Shown here in pieces: positions 40,192 to 50,571 of a stretch of DNA of 58,782 nucleotides. Origin of the DNA: Thermoproteota archaeon (GTDB lineage Archaea; Asgardarchaeota; Jordiarchaeia; Jordiarchaeales; Freyrarchaeaceae); the NCBI GenBank assembly GCA_029258835.1, contig JAPDJY010000036.1, forward strand, positions 1-58,782. Reading direction: 5' to 3'. Position numbers and translations under genes: made by a program. The notes under the pieces are model-generated. The model saw only the letters and a list, made by a program, of their open reading frames with translations. It searched no databases and was not told where the DNA came from. Every line of letters starts with the position of its first letter. Positions within the stretch are counted from its first letter, which is position 1.

Positions 40192-41121
40192 CTAAGATTT
40201 GGTTAAAGCCATCGGTTTACTACATCTTATCATGCCCATTCCTGCTGTTCTTCTTATTCCCGTATTAGTATACTCTGCCATCTTTAGAAGAGCAGCTATT
40301 GTTTTTGCGTGATTTTCATCATATACTTCTTCCTTAATGGCAAATCTAACTTTTCCGGTAAAACCCACTATCCACCTGTTCATTAAAGGATCATCATAAA
40401 TTCTATGCGTCTTTATTCCGTCTGGGAAGCCCGTAACGAGAATTGCATTTTCAGCCCATTTAACTGCTCCCCAAACATCTATTATTATATCAGAAAAAGA
40501 TGACCATATTCTTGCAAGATTTCTAAACATTAACGACGGGAGTGGTAAGGGAATTGTTGCACTTTCATGACGTACTATATAACTACATGGTTTATTAATC
40601 GGTTCTTTTTCCGAACTTGTTAAATATGTCTTGTAATAGGGGCAGGTAGGGCAACAGTCATGTATTGTACGTCTAAAAGCTGTTGGTGTTATAAATCTTA
40701 TAGCGAACTTTGTTGGTAGACTCTTTACACTAGAAACTATATCAGAAAACCTCAGTATGTTAATTATAATATTGATAAGTTTTACTTTAATATTACCTAG
40801 TTCCAGCTTAAGATTTGGAGAGAGAACAGCTCTTTTAAAAACCTCTGAGAGTTCCTTGTCCATTATAGTAAATGTTACGTTAACGGTTGAAGGAGCATTA
40901 AGTTTTCTATAAATAACCCCTTTTGAACGCCCCTCAGCTATAAAAGGAGTTGCAGACCATGGTACTATCTTTTTAGAAGAATGTAACTCTTCGGCTAAGT
41001 CATCATCAACAGAACGTACTAAATTGTGAAATAAGTTGAAAGAGGTAAAACCTGAAAAACCCTGAAAGGTAATGTCCTCATCAACCATTAAATTTAACGT
41101 GAATGATGTCATATATTTCAT
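40192..41121 (-). CDS. cas6: Cas6 crRNA-processing endoribonuclease
   Basis: FITPTAF, PLPLPSLMF, GFTG, GIRRTAGMG G-loop. Confidence 0.92.
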   Translation of the reverse strand: MKYMTSFTLNLMVDEDITFQGFSGFTSFNLFHNLVRSVDDDLAEELHSSKKIVPWSATPFIAEGRSKGVIYRKLNAPSTVNVTFTIMDKELSEVFKRAVLSPNLKLELGNIKVKLINIIINILRFSDIVSSVKSLPTKFAIRFITPTAFRRTIHDCCPTCPYYKTYLTSSEKEPINKPCSYIVRHESATIPLPLPSLMFRNLARIWSSFSDIIIDVWGAVKWAENAILVTGFPDGIKTHRIYDDPLMNRWIVGFTGKVRFAIKEEVYDENHAKTIAALLKMAEYTNTGIRRTAGMGMIRCSKPMALTKS

Positions 41122-41275
41122 TTTTTACCCCACACAGACCATAGCTTCTTTATGTAGTAGCTCAAGTTTTGCTTTTATCGTCGATAATAGAATGATTATT
41201 TTAAAACTGAAAAATTTCTCATTTTTATCTGGAAAATAAATTGGTCTAATGACTTGCTTTGGTTTTAACATTTTA

Positions 41276-42472
41276 TTAGAGAAGCATTAAAGCTCTATGA
41301 GCTGCCAGTACTTCATTATCCTTTAATATGTTAATTTCAATTCCTGTAACATCTTTTCTTAATGATTGAAGCTTGGCAAGGGCATTGTTAAGGTAGAATG
41401 GTTCCCTGTTCTTAATGCTTAATGCTAATTCTATGAGAATGTTAAAAACCTGAGACCTATATTGTTCTCTCCGGGCGGTATTAATCAGATCGATTATCAT
41501 CCTCTTAAAACTCCAAAAATGTCTTCCTAATTGCTTATAAAATTCTAAGGTGTCCATCAAACTGAATTCCTCATATCCACGTGGGTTCTTTGGTGCACCC
41601 TTTGTTAAATCGTAATTGATAAGAAGGGTTGAGGGCATAATCCGGTATAACATATAAATTGCTGGAATATCGAGAAGACATAACAAAGAAAGAGGAAGAA
41701 CTACTGCAGGTAATGCTAAACGAAAAATATCCTGCATTTCAAGATTAATAACATTAACTATGCGCTTCACAAGTGCTAACATCTCTATAGCTTCTAAGTG
41801 AGAAAGACGCCTTCCAATCGGTGGAGAGAATACTAGTTGAGTCAATGCATTATTAACTTTCGTGTTTATGGAGTAATTAGCTAATCCAAAATATGCGAAC
41901 GGTAAAATTGGATTAACAACATAGGTTGCCGACTCATCCCATTTTCCCTTATCCCATACTCTTGATCCCTTTGACCAGTAAGGTGAAATACCGAGGTATA
42001 ACGTAGCATAATAGTCCTTTTCTGCTGCCTGTATCTTCTTTGATATGGGTTTAAAATTCCATGGGAAACGGAACTTATTCATGGATTCAAGATATCCAAT
42101 AAATACAGCATACGCCAAAATGTTTGTTTTTCCACATTTTCCACTAAAACCACAATCTCTCTTCCCAGTACAATAGACGCATACAGAATGAGGATTCTTA
42201 ATATACCATGCCTTATTCCCCACGTTTACAAGAAAATTTAGGTTATCAGCTATAGAAAATTTTCTTGAACCCTCGTTTCTTAGCTTGTTAATAATCTCTC
42301 TTCCTAACTGGTTGCTTGACATTTTTGACTTAATACTTAAGAAGATTTCTTCTCCCATTTTTACCTCAAACTTTATATTCGGATCAACCTTTAATCCAAT
42401 GTCCATAATTGCATATGTGAGTAAAGTATCGAGAACTCGGTCCCCTGTAGTTGGAAGATTTATCTGAGTCAC
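41276..42472 (-). CDS. Type I-A large subunit (Cas8a/CsaX-like)
   Basis: Position after cas3'' in the I-A operon; PTTGDRVLD N-terminus; TLYLGISPYWSKG motif. Confidence 0.65.
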   Translation of the reverse strand: MTQINLPTTGDRVLDTLLTYAIMDIGLKVDPNIKFEVKMGEEIFLSIKSKMSSNQLGREIINKLRNEGSRKFSIADNLNFLVNVGNKAWYIKNPHSVCVYCTGKRDCGFSGKCGKTNILAYAVFIGYLESMNKFRFPWNFKPISKKIQAAEKDYYATLYLGISPYWSKGSRVWDKGKWDESATYVVNPILPFAYFGLANYSINTKVNNALTQLVFSPPIGRRLSHLEAIEMLALVKRIVNVINLEMQDIFRLALPAVVLPLSLLCLLDIPAIYMLYRIMPSTLLINYDLTKGAPKNPRGYEEFSLMDTLEFYKQLGRHFWSFKRMIIDLINTARREQYRSQVFNILIELALSIKNREPFYLNNALAKLQSLRKDVTGIEINILKDNEVLAAHRALMLL

Positions 42473-43302
42473 CTTTCCATCACCCCTAAGAACATGCTTA
42501 ACCTGCTAGGTTTTCCTCCCCTTTTCATTGAGGCTAGATTATCTGATATCATTATTGGTTGAAGAATAGATGCTACAGCGAGACGTAGTGAAAGTGGCTC
42601 CAGCCAACCATCTATAATTGTTATAATAGACCCTAGCGTGTTAGCTACATCATATCCACTAATCAAATTCACGTCTTCAAAGTAATTAAGCTCTTTACCG
42701 AATACGAATTTTTCAATCTCAGAGGATACAAACCTCCATTTATTTATCATGCGAAACTCTCTCCCTGCCAGTAGATTTAGCAGGTAGCCATAAGTAGGAG
42801 CTCTCATCTCGTAATACTCATGACTTATCTGAAGACCTTCATGATGAAGATATACTGCTGCTGAAATTATCGATGAAAAAAGCTCAATTTCATGTTCATC
42901 TAGAGAAGACCTATCACTTAACATGCCCTTAACGTAATTATGAATTAGGAACGAGCTCACCATTTCATGCCTATAGAAGTTCCTGCTCCGAGACTGATAG
43001 TTCTCACATAGTTTCCCAACGTCATGGTAAAGAATAGCTATGCTGCAAAGCTCCCATAAAAACTTCAAATCCACGCTTATATGTAAAACACTTTCAAGAA
43101 TCCGACGAATAGAAGGCATATACCTGTTTGATATCCTCTTCCATTCATTCCAACATAACGTTACGTGTCTAACATAACATTCTTTGTTTCCTTCGCCAAC
43201 TGGATGATATGACACTATTACTGGCTCATTACTTCCATCACCACATATGCCCTTAATACCCCGCAGCGGACACTCCTTAAACTCACACGTCCACCTATTC
43301 AT
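42469..43302 (-). CDS. cas3'': Cas3'' HD nuclease
   Basis: H..HDVGK..YQ..RHEMVS..HHEG..SDN. Confidence 0.92.
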   Translation of the reverse strand: MNRWTCEFKECPLRGIKGICGDGSNEPVIVSYHPVGEGNKECYVRHVTLCWNEWKRISNRYMPSIRRILESVLHISVDLKFLWELCSIAILYHDVGKLCENYQSRSRNFYRHEMVSSFLIHNYVKGMLSDRSSLDEHEIELFSSIISAAVYLHHEGLQISHEYYEMRAPTYGYLLNLLAGREFRMINKWRFVSSEIEKFVFGKELNYFEDVNLISGYDVANTLGSIITIIDGWLEPLSLRLAVASILQPIMISDNLASMKRGGKPSRLSMFLGVMER

Positions 43303-45268
43303 CTTTTAACCCAACCATTACATCATAAAACTTTGGATTAACAAGATAATTGCTCTCCTCGACTCTACGTAATGGAACTCTCTCAACAAGGTAGCAACAT
43401 TCACGTTTTAAATGATCCTCTACTATTACTGGTTTTAATTCTATCATTGAAAACTCCTCATTAAAACTATGTTTAAGAAACGATTTAGGTTGCTGCCCAT
43501 CTCTTGAAGTATATGGGTAATTCAAAGTAAATGAGTGAAGCCGCACGAAATCCTCCTTGATCCCTACGCTTTTATTATACTCTATTAACGAGAGCAGCTC
43601 TTGGTAGCTTACCTTTTTTTCTTCGACAATATGGTACAACCTGTACTTACCTTGGTTTCGTAGATCCGCTCCATCCTCCTCCAACTCATATACTGGAATT
43701 TTTTCATCCTCTGAAAATGCTACCAACATAACAAACGCATTTGGACGTGCTGAAATCCGCCTTAAAAGCCGCCAATCAACACTAAACGTCGAGAATCCCA
43801 CTCCCTCAAGATAACCTAAATATAACCTTAATGTACGGAGCTCATCGTCTGAAATTCTCCTCCTAAAAACTTCATAGTTTTTATCGATCACATCCATCGA
43901 GTAATCAAAATCAGTTAATGAAGAAACTCGATGTTCATTATCTCCATCATTCAAGATCTTACATGCTTTCTCAACAAGATCCTTTTGATAGGGTGCATGA
44001 ACCCCATCATAACAGAAGATATCTATCTTACCATCCGTCTCGTATATAAAACGTGCGCACCTTCCTGATCTCTGAACAAGAGCATCAAGAGGAGCTGCAT
44101 CGGTCAATAGCCAGTTTGCAGATACGTCAAGACCGGCTTCAACAACCTGAGTCGCTACTACAATCACAAAATCAAAGCGCTTTGCCCCAGAAGGAGCACA
44201 ATTGTCACAATAAACTGTATACTTTCCACCTTTCTCCTCTGCTACATATACTGGAAACTCTTCGATCTGCTTTCCACATTCTTCACATTCAGGTCTTTTC
44301 ATCAGTTTTACAATCAGACGGGACTTATTCTTCCTATCTTTCTTCACATACCGGGAGTGTAATAAGGCGAGCAGCCCATTAGATTTCCCATTAGCAGAAA
44401 GTGTATCAACAATCACGCTGTATATGTCCTGAGCTCTTCTAACAGTATTACAAACTATAAGAATTCGTTTATTAGCAACTACTTCCGGAGAAAATGTCCT
44501 TCGCACATAATCTATAATATTCTCTTTGTGTAAATGGACTTCCTTAATTTTACCTCTATAAAGCCCTAAAGCTTTTCCCCTAGTTGGATACTCATAATAC
44601 TTTATACCTTCAAATACCACATCTTTAATTGGCTTAGGCATGGTGGCAGTCATAATTATAGTGGGAACACCGGACTTTGATAGCACGCGAAGAACCCTAT
44701 TCATTACTGTATGAGCATACAAGTAGTCATCTTGAATCATGTGTGCCTCATCAAAAACAACATAAGATGTAGAGATGGTTCCCGCGGGGAACTCCAAGTG
44801 ATGACCTGTACGGGACTTCCGCGCATAAGCATAAATAAACGTATCAAAAGTCGATATAACTGCATCAGCATAAAAGTAATATGTATCCGACTCCCCATGG
44901 AAATCATTTACAGATAAGTTTAGATGTGGCTTAAGACTACACACACATTCAACATCCCTTCGAATTCTCTCCGTCTGCTGAGATGTAAGTGAGCGAGTTG
45001 GCAATGTATAAACCATACCTCTCGTAAACCACTTTTCCGTAAAAGCCTCTCCTAAGAAAACTACTTCCCCTATCTGCGTTTTACCATATCCACATGGAAG
45101 ACGTATAAGAATCGGAACAGACAAATCCTGTGCTTCTTCAAAATGCCTTTGGAGATCATCGATTATTTTTTCCTGCAACGGTCTCCTATCAAACTTATAT
45201 CCTTGCCTCTTCGCAATCTCTTTTAAAAGATCATACCAGTTTTCTTCCTTTATCTCGATGTTTCCCAA
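43295..45268 (-). CDS. cas3': Cas3' SF2 helicase
   Basis: LPCGYGKT, DEAH, MTAT, CNTVRRAQ, LHSR, ATQVVEAGLD, QRSGRCAR. Confidence 0.95.
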   Translation of the reverse strand: MGNIEIKEENWYDLLKEIAKRQGYKFDRRPLQEKIIDDLQRHFEEAQDLSVPILIRLPCGYGKTQIGEVVFLGEAFTEKWFTRGMVYTLPTRSLTSQQTERIRRDVECVCSLKPHLNLSVNDFHGESDTYYFYADAVISTFDTFIYAYARKSRTGHHLEFPAGTISTSYVVFDEAHMIQDDYLYAHTVMNRVLRVLSKSGVPTIIMTATMPKPIKDVVFEGIKYYEYPTRGKALGLYRGKIKEVHLHKENIIDYVRRTFSPEVVANKRILIVCNTVRRAQDIYSVIVDTLSANGKSNGLLALLHSRYVKKDRKNKSRLIVKLMKRPECEECGKQIEEFPVYVAEEKGGKYTVYCDNCAPSGAKRFDFVIVVATQVVEAGLDVSANWLLTDAAPLDALVQRSGRCARFIYETDGKIDIFCYDGVHAPYQKDLVEKACKILNDGDNEHRVSSLTDFDYSMDVIDKNYEVFRRRISDDELRTLRLYLGYLEGVGFSTFSVDWRLLRRISARPNAFVMLVAFSEDEKIPVYELEEDGADLRNQGKYRLYHIVEEKKVSYQELLSLIEYNKSVGIKEDFVRLHSFTLNYPYTSRDGQQPKSFLKHSFNEEFSMIELKPVIVEDHLKRECCYLVERVPLRRVEESNYLVNPKFYDVMVGLKDE

Positions 45269-45308
45269 ATGTCCTCACCCGTGAACGTCATTTAATTTAA
45301 GAAATTTG

Positions 45309-46244
45309 TCATCTTATTTTGTCTTTAACCTCTTTTTTATGCAGGACAATCCTTGTTTCTCCATCACCCGCTCCATCAATAGAATACACTTCATAGCTAC
45401 CCTTAGATACTACTGGAACGTTCGTCGGCTCAAATATTTCTCTCCCTTTGCGCTTAGCACTATGTAAAAGAGGAAGTACAAAATTAATTTTAATAGCTCT
45501 ATTCTTCTTAGTAATTTTCGTTTCATGTATTAAACGTAGATTAGGGTATAATGGCTCGATCAGGTATCCTCCAGAATACTGGTTAAGCGCTTCATGCAAC
45601 GTCTCAACCCATACAGCAGGTTCCTCAACTGGCACATAAGTATTAACTGTCGCCCGTTTCCCAACCTTTCTCACATATTTCACATGCTTAACCGATAATA
45701 CTCCGCCTAAAGCCTCTGTAGATCCAATCCTATCAATCATCTTTAAAGCTAAAAGCACATCTCTCCATTTGACCTCTCTACATCCATATTCACTAAGTTT
45801 CTCATTAAGTTCTTCAATACTTACCACATAGACAAGTTCCATCTCGTTAGAGAACACTATGTCATGCTTAAATGCATCGTGAAAGCTTGAAACAGCCTTA
45901 ATGAAGGCTTCACCGGAAAGCCCCATAACGCTGGAAGCATATACTTTATTCTGCTCAATTGCTGGGACAATACGTAAAATCTGTGAGGTCTTAACCAAGG
46001 GAGATAATGGACGTACAAATCCATAAGATGAGAGCTCAACGGCCTCCATTAGAACCTCACGTGCACTTCGCCCTTTAATTAAGGTCTCACCGCTTTCTAT
46101 ACCCAGTATTATCCCTAAACCCTTAGCTAATGCGCCAAGAATTGTACGTGGTGAAGGCAGCCTTGAAGATAACCGAATGCCCCACGATTCCCCATACCTA
46201 ACATAAAAAAGAGGAAGAAAAACTTTCGCACTAAATATCTCCAA
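45309..46244 (-). CDS. cas5: Cas5 (type I-A)
   Basis: LPSPRTILGALA, IDRIGSTE; lies between cas7 and cas3'. Confidence 0.88.
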   Translation of the reverse strand: MEIFSAKVFLPLFYVRYGESWGIRLSSRLPSPRTILGALAKGLGIILGIESGETLIKGRSAREVLMEAVELSSYGFVRPLSPLVKTSQILRIVPAIEQNKVYASSVMGLSGEAFIKAVSSFHDAFKHDIVFSNEMELVYVVSIEELNEKLSEYGCREVKWRDVLLALKMIDRIGSTEALGGVLSVKHVKYVRKVGKRATVNTYVPVEEPAVWVETLHEALNQYSGGYLIEPLYPNLRLIHETKITKKNRAIKINFVLPLLHSAKRKGREIFEPTNVPVVSKGSYEVYSIDGAGDGETRIVLHKKEVKDKIR

Positions 46245-46248
46245 ATTT

Positions 46249-47235
46249 TCAGCTCTCCAGACGCATTATAACCTCGTTGAAACCATCAGCAGGTCTTTCC
46301 ATAACTCTTAACTCGAAATTCTTTTCTTTCCATCCCTTGTATACTTCATCCTTGGACCATACATACATTACTATGTTACTTTGCAGGGCATCTGACACGC
46401 TCTGGTAGAGCTTAGCATTCTCCTTAACATATTCAGGGTAAAGTGGGTGAATTGGAGCAGGTATTGGTTTATCGCTGAGAATCGTTATAACTTCCAGTAC
46501 ATCTGCTACCGGTAACGCCCTTGCCAATGACGCCCCACAAGCCCCAGTTATTAATGGAATATAAGCCTGAACAGCTATTTTTTGCCGCCTTACTCTTTTC
46601 GATTGATCATCTATTGCACGCTGCTCAGTAAACGAGTAGCCTATATGTTTAAGATCGAGTAATGAGGCAAAACCGTAAAGACCGGCAGCATAGGATCTTG
46701 GATACGGCATCTGCCAACCCTTTAACTCATCCTTCTTTACACCCATACGTTTAGCAGCTTCATCTGTTATTTCACGAATGTTCCTCGTATGTTGCATAAC
46801 CCTAAACGGTGTAGGTGAGCCGAAAGCATCAATCACTTCATCATTTAACAATGGTAACATCCATGAAAACTTGATTAATGACTCTCTCCTTAGCATCGGA
46901 TCAGCTCTCAAAAATCCATGAACATCTTCCCCAGCACATTCATTAATTATGTCAAGTTCACTACGAGCCTTACCTTTCTCGCTAGGTATTCGAATAGCCT
47001 CCAAATTTCTACATAATTTGCAGAAATCCTTTTTATCTCCCAGCTCAACCATGTTTACAAAGTGCCACCGTTTAACCATAAGTCCACTAATCGCTACGGC
47101 CTCCTCGAAAACATCCCATTTACCATCTTTCCTGCGGTAAATTATGGGAACACGACGTATCTCCTCAGCCCTCTCATTGTTAAGATCATGCATGTTTAGA
47201 AGAGCCTTAACAGTTACCCCAACATACATTCTCAC
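46249..47235 (-). CDS. cas7: Cas7 (Csa2/DevR family)
   Basis: NMHDLNNE, AISGLMVKRWH, EDVHGFL, RRES..KFSW, GASLARALP. Confidence 0.92.
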   Translation of the reverse strand: MRMYVGVTVKALLNMHDLNNERAEEIRRVPIIYRRKDGKWDVFEEAVAISGLMVKRWHFVNMVELGDKKDFCKLCRNLEAIRIPSEKGKARSELDIINECAGEDVHGFLRADPMLRRESLIKFSWMLPLLNDEVIDAFGSPTPFRVMQHTRNIREITDEAAKRMGVKKDELKGWQMPYPRSYAAGLYGFASLLDLKHIGYSFTEQRAIDDQSKRVRRQKIAVQAYIPLITGACGASLARALPVADVLEVITILSDKPIPAPIHPLYPEYVKENAKLYQSVSDALQSNIVMYVWSKDEVYKGWKEKNFELRVMERPADGFNEVIMRLES

Positions 47236-47621
47236 TCACCAACTTCCTTTCTCCAGCAAAGTGGACAACTAGCAACAACCAGACCTGAAAGAGCTTTAAT
47301 GAAATCAGAACCTAATATATTATAGTACTTCAAAACTTGAGCTTCGTCGTCTTTACTTGGAAGATAAAGCCTACCTATGTCGCTCTTATACCTCTCATCC
47401 CTTTTAAGCGCGTCCAAATTTCTAAGAGCTCTTCCGATAAGTTCAAGAAGCTTAGCTCCACTACGTATAAACTTCAATTCATAGTAATACTGTTTAATCT
47501 CGCAATGAACGACCAAATAATGAAAAATCTCTGCTACTCGTTTTACAGACTGGTCAGTAACAGCTTCAAAGAGCAAATCCTTGGAAGTTCCTTGCACTTG
47601 CTTCTGCGAACTCATATTCAA
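47232..47621 (-). CDS. csa5: Csa5/Cas11 small subunit (type I-A)
   Basis: Small helical ORF leading the csa5-cas7-cas5-cas3'-cas3''-cas8a order. Confidence 0.65.
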   Translation of the reverse strand: MNMSSQKQVQGTSKDLLFEAVTDQSVKRVAEIFHYLVVHCEIKQYYYELKFIRSGAKLLELIGRALRNLDALKRDERYKSDIGRLYLPSKDDEAQVLKYYNILGSDFIKALSGLVVASCPLCWRKEVGE

Positions 47622-47785
47622 TCACTCCTTCTTTACAGAGGACGTTCTCTATTAATTCATTTTCTTTAAAAAATTTTCTTCTTTAAGAATTTTTATCAGA
47701 AATCTAATTCTGATATAAAATCCTGCTATTAAAGTGTCCAGAATACGCTTCAATAAACTTAATAAAAACAAATTATTTCTCATCC

Positions 47786-48340
47786 TTAACACCTCCTACA
47801 GATCCTATAAGCTTCACAGCTATAGCATTTCGCAATGTCTGGGGGAGGAGGTGGAATTTCTTCTTCTAAAACGATTCTTTTAATTTTTGATAAAATATCC
47901 ATAACTTTAAGCTTAGCTCCATTAGTAATTTTTACTACCCTACTAATTTTTTCATCTGGATATTCTATTATTCCTTTTTTTACTTCTACTCCAAAAATAT
48001 CCTCCAGTAAAAGAGCATGAGCTACAAGCTGAAGGTAATGTCCCGAATATAACCTTTTACACCCGCCAAACTTAACCTCAATAGGAATAATCTCCCCATT
48101 TTCATAAGAGAAATAATCCACCACTCCGATAAGCCCAAGTTTCTCAGAAAACAAATGAAGACTAAAATAATTATTCTCCTTTCTCTTCCTCCATTTTTTC
48201 TCAAATTTTATATGCTCTTCCTCTCCTCGTTCCATTTTTACTGTCGGCAGAAATCTAGCCCTCAAAACATACCTGAAGTAAATTTTCCTCTTGCAGTAGG
48301 CGTACTGCCTTACGTCCTCGGCCGTGAAGTAGACGTTCAA
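47786..48340 (-). CDS. cas4: Cas4
   Basis: YAYCKRK, G.EEH, GVVD..IPIEVK, QL..ALL, C..C.....C C-terminus. Confidence 0.93.
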   Translation of the reverse strand: MNVYFTAEDVRQYAYCKRKIYFRYVLRARFLPTVKMERGEEEHIKFEKKWRKRKENNYFSLHLFSEKLGLIGVVDYFSYENGEIIPIEVKFGGCKRLYSGHYLQLVAHALLLEDIFGVEVKKGIIEYPDEKISRVVKITNGAKLKVMDILSKIKRIVLEEEIPPPPPDIAKCYSCEAYRICRRC

Positions 48341-48615
48341 GTGACGATCACCTCCTCAGCCTCCTCCACCTCCTCCAGCTTCGAAACCGTGATCAGCCCC
48401 TCGTAGCACCTCCTGCAGAGCGGGAAGATCCTCACGTCGCACATGCTCCCCTTAACCAGCCTTCCAAGCTCTATAGCAAGCATCTCAGCCACGTTCCTGC
48501 TAACCTCCCCGACGTAGACGCTCTTCTGAAGCCTCCTAAACCCGTACTCCCTCAGCGTCAAGGCAACCCTCCCCCTCAGCCTGTCATCGCTAATATCATA
48601 CGAAACCAGGAACAC
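48337..48615 (-). CDS. cas2: Cas2
   Basis: VSYDISDD, RLQKSVY, LCRRC. Confidence 0.95.
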   Translation of the reverse strand: MFLVSYDISDDRLRGRVALTLREYGFRRLQKSVYVGEVSRNVAEMLAIELGRLVKGSMCDVRIFPLCRRCYEGLITVSKLEEVEEAEEVIVT

Positions 48616-48627
48616 GCCTACACCCTC

Positions 48628-49662
48628 CTAGTGCCAGGTGAAAACGTAAGGCTCATACCTTGGAGCCTTGCCGAGAAGGTAGCGGACGATCATCCTAGCC
48701 TGCCTGAAGATCACGTTCTCAAGCGGGATCATGCTCCCGTCAACCCTAACCTCACCCTTAAACCTGTCGTTCAAAGCCTTCAACAGCCTCTCCCTACCCT
48801 TCCCCTCAAGCACCACCCGTCCACCCTCAAACTTGAAGTCCTCCCTGCCCAGAACCCTCCTGGAGAAAAGCGAGATCACAGCCCTGTCAACGGCAGGCTG
48901 CCTGAACTCCTCCGAAAGGTCAAGTATCAGGGAGGGCTTCCCCGACCTGTCAGCGTGGAGAAAGCCGGCGTAGGGCTCAAGGCCGCACGCCGCAACAGCC
49001 GAAAGACACCTCCCATCAAGCACCGTGTAACCATAGCTCAAAGCAGCGTTAACCGGGTCCCTGGGAGGCCTCCTCTCACGCCTCTCAAACCCAACCCCCT
49101 CAGGGAGGAGGAGCCGCACAGCCTCATAGTAAACCTTCGTCCCCTCAGCCTCCAAGCCCATAACCTCAAACCTCACGTCGTCCACCGTGTCACCCTCCAC
49201 CCCCTCAACGTCACACGCAATCCTGAAAACCTCTGAGGCAGCCTCCTCCAGGACGTCCGCAAGCTCCCTGTCACTCCGACCCCTACTAGCAGCAAAGTAG
49301 CGGAGAAGCTGAGCCTTATTAACAAGCCCACCCCTAACAAACCCCTTAGCAAGGTGAACCCCCCTCCCATCACCGTAAGCAGCCATCTGCTCCCTCCTAG
49401 TCAAAACAGTCCCATGCATGAAAAAGCCGTGAAGCAAAGCCACAGGCCTCCACCCACACATAAAAAGAACAGGAACCCCGTTCTCAGCCAGAAGCTGAAC
49501 AGCATCACTGGAAATAGAAGCCCTACCAGAAACAATAACCTCCGTAAGCTTGGAGGCAGGAACCTCACGCAAAACCTCACCATTACACGTAACCCTAACC
49601 AGCCTACCCTTACGCCCAACCTTACACCCATGACTCGAAACCCAAAGAATCAAACAGCACAC
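48628..49662 (-). CDS. cas1: Cas1
   Basis: GLEAEGTKVYY, RRPPRDPVNAALSYGY, GFLHAD, LDLSEEFRQ..VDR. Confidence 0.96.
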   Translation of the reverse strand: MCCLILWVSSHGCKVGRKGRLVRVTCNGEVLREVPASKLTEVIVSGRASISSDAVQLLAENGVPVLFMCGWRPVALLHGFFMHGTVLTRREQMAAYGDGRGVHLAKGFVRGGLVNKAQLLRYFAASRGRSDRELADVLEEAASEVFRIACDVEGVEGDTVDDVRFEVMGLEAEGTKVYYEAVRLLLPEGVGFERRERRPPRDPVNAALSYGYTVLDGRCLSAVAACGLEPYAGFLHADRSGKPSLILDLSEEFRQPAVDRAVISLFSRRVLGREDFKFEGGRVVLEGKGRERLLKALNDRFKGEVRVDGSMIPLENVIFRQARMIVRYLLGKAPRYEPYVFTWH

Positions 49663-49665
49663 CCC

Positions 49666-50571
49666 CTAAACCTCACACAAAACAGGCAAACCCTGAAGAG
49701 AGTAAAGGTCCAAAGCGTAAACCTCACCCCCACCTCCACCACCCCCGCCAACATCGAAGAAGGCAACGTTACCCCTAGCGTAGACAAGCCTACCCCCGAA
49801 AACACGCGGGCTACGGACAACCCCCGCAAGCTCAAACTCAGGGCAAACACCATAAACACTGGAAAAATCGTAGCAGCCGACAAGCCTAAGCCCAAAGTAG
49901 TCGGCAACCTCTCCCGCAACCCCATTCCAATCACACACCACACCCGAACGGAAAACCTCACACTTCTCCCCAAACCCAACCCGGTCAACAACCCCGAAAA
50001 CACGGCAAACCTCACCCTCAACCCTCTGAGCCTCAGGAAGAGTAAAACCACCAGAAAAAACAGCAGCCCAGTCAGCCCCCTGCTCAACCAGGCGAGAAAC
50101 AAAACCACCCCACCTATCAGCAGCAACAACACCAACCTTCAAAACCCACCCAAACCCGGCAAGATACACGTAATGCTCACCCCCACACCTCACAGCAGCA
50201 CCCCTAAGCCCACAAGCAGGATCATCCAAGTCGCAAAACGAAGAACCAAAAGGAACACCAGCCCCCCTCACACTACACATCCACCTAGCACCCCACACCG
50301 AAAAACCACACCCCTCACAAAGACTAAAACCATCCACCACGGCAGGAGCCAAACAGCCAACACAACGCCGCCCCCCACCAAAAACGAAAAAATGCTCCCC
50401 AAAAAGAGGAAAACCCCCAAACTCCACGCCACCATCAACAAGCGAAACAGTGTCAACATAAGGCAGGTAAAAGTCGAGAAAAGGACGCCAGCTAAAACCC
50501 CTAACAGCAACAAACCCCTCATCAGAAGCAAGCCCAGCGCGAAGACCCACACTAAGCAACCTCACCACCAC
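49666..50571 (-). CDS. DUF2797-like protein (Cys-rich N-terminus, GIY-YIG-like C-terminus)
   Basis: RCVGC..CEGC..C..HYVYLA...LKVG...RLVEQGA..A..EA..E pattern; ends 3 nt before cas1. Confidence 0.75.
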   Translation of the reverse strand: MVVRLLSVGLRAGLASDEGFVAVRGFSWRPFLDFYLPYVDTVSLVDGGVEFGGFPLFGEHFFVFGGGRRCVGCLAPAVVDGFSLCEGCGFSVWGARWMCSVRGAGVPFGSSFCDLDDPACGLRGAAVRCGGEHYVYLAGFGWVLKVGVVAADRWGGFVSRLVEQGADWAAVFSGGFTLPEAQRVEGEVCRVFGVVDRVGFGEKCEVFRSGVVCDWNGVAGEVADYFGLRLVGCYDFSSVYGVCPEFELAGVVRSPRVFGGRLVYARGNVAFFDVGGGGGGGGEVYALDLYSLQGLPVLCEV

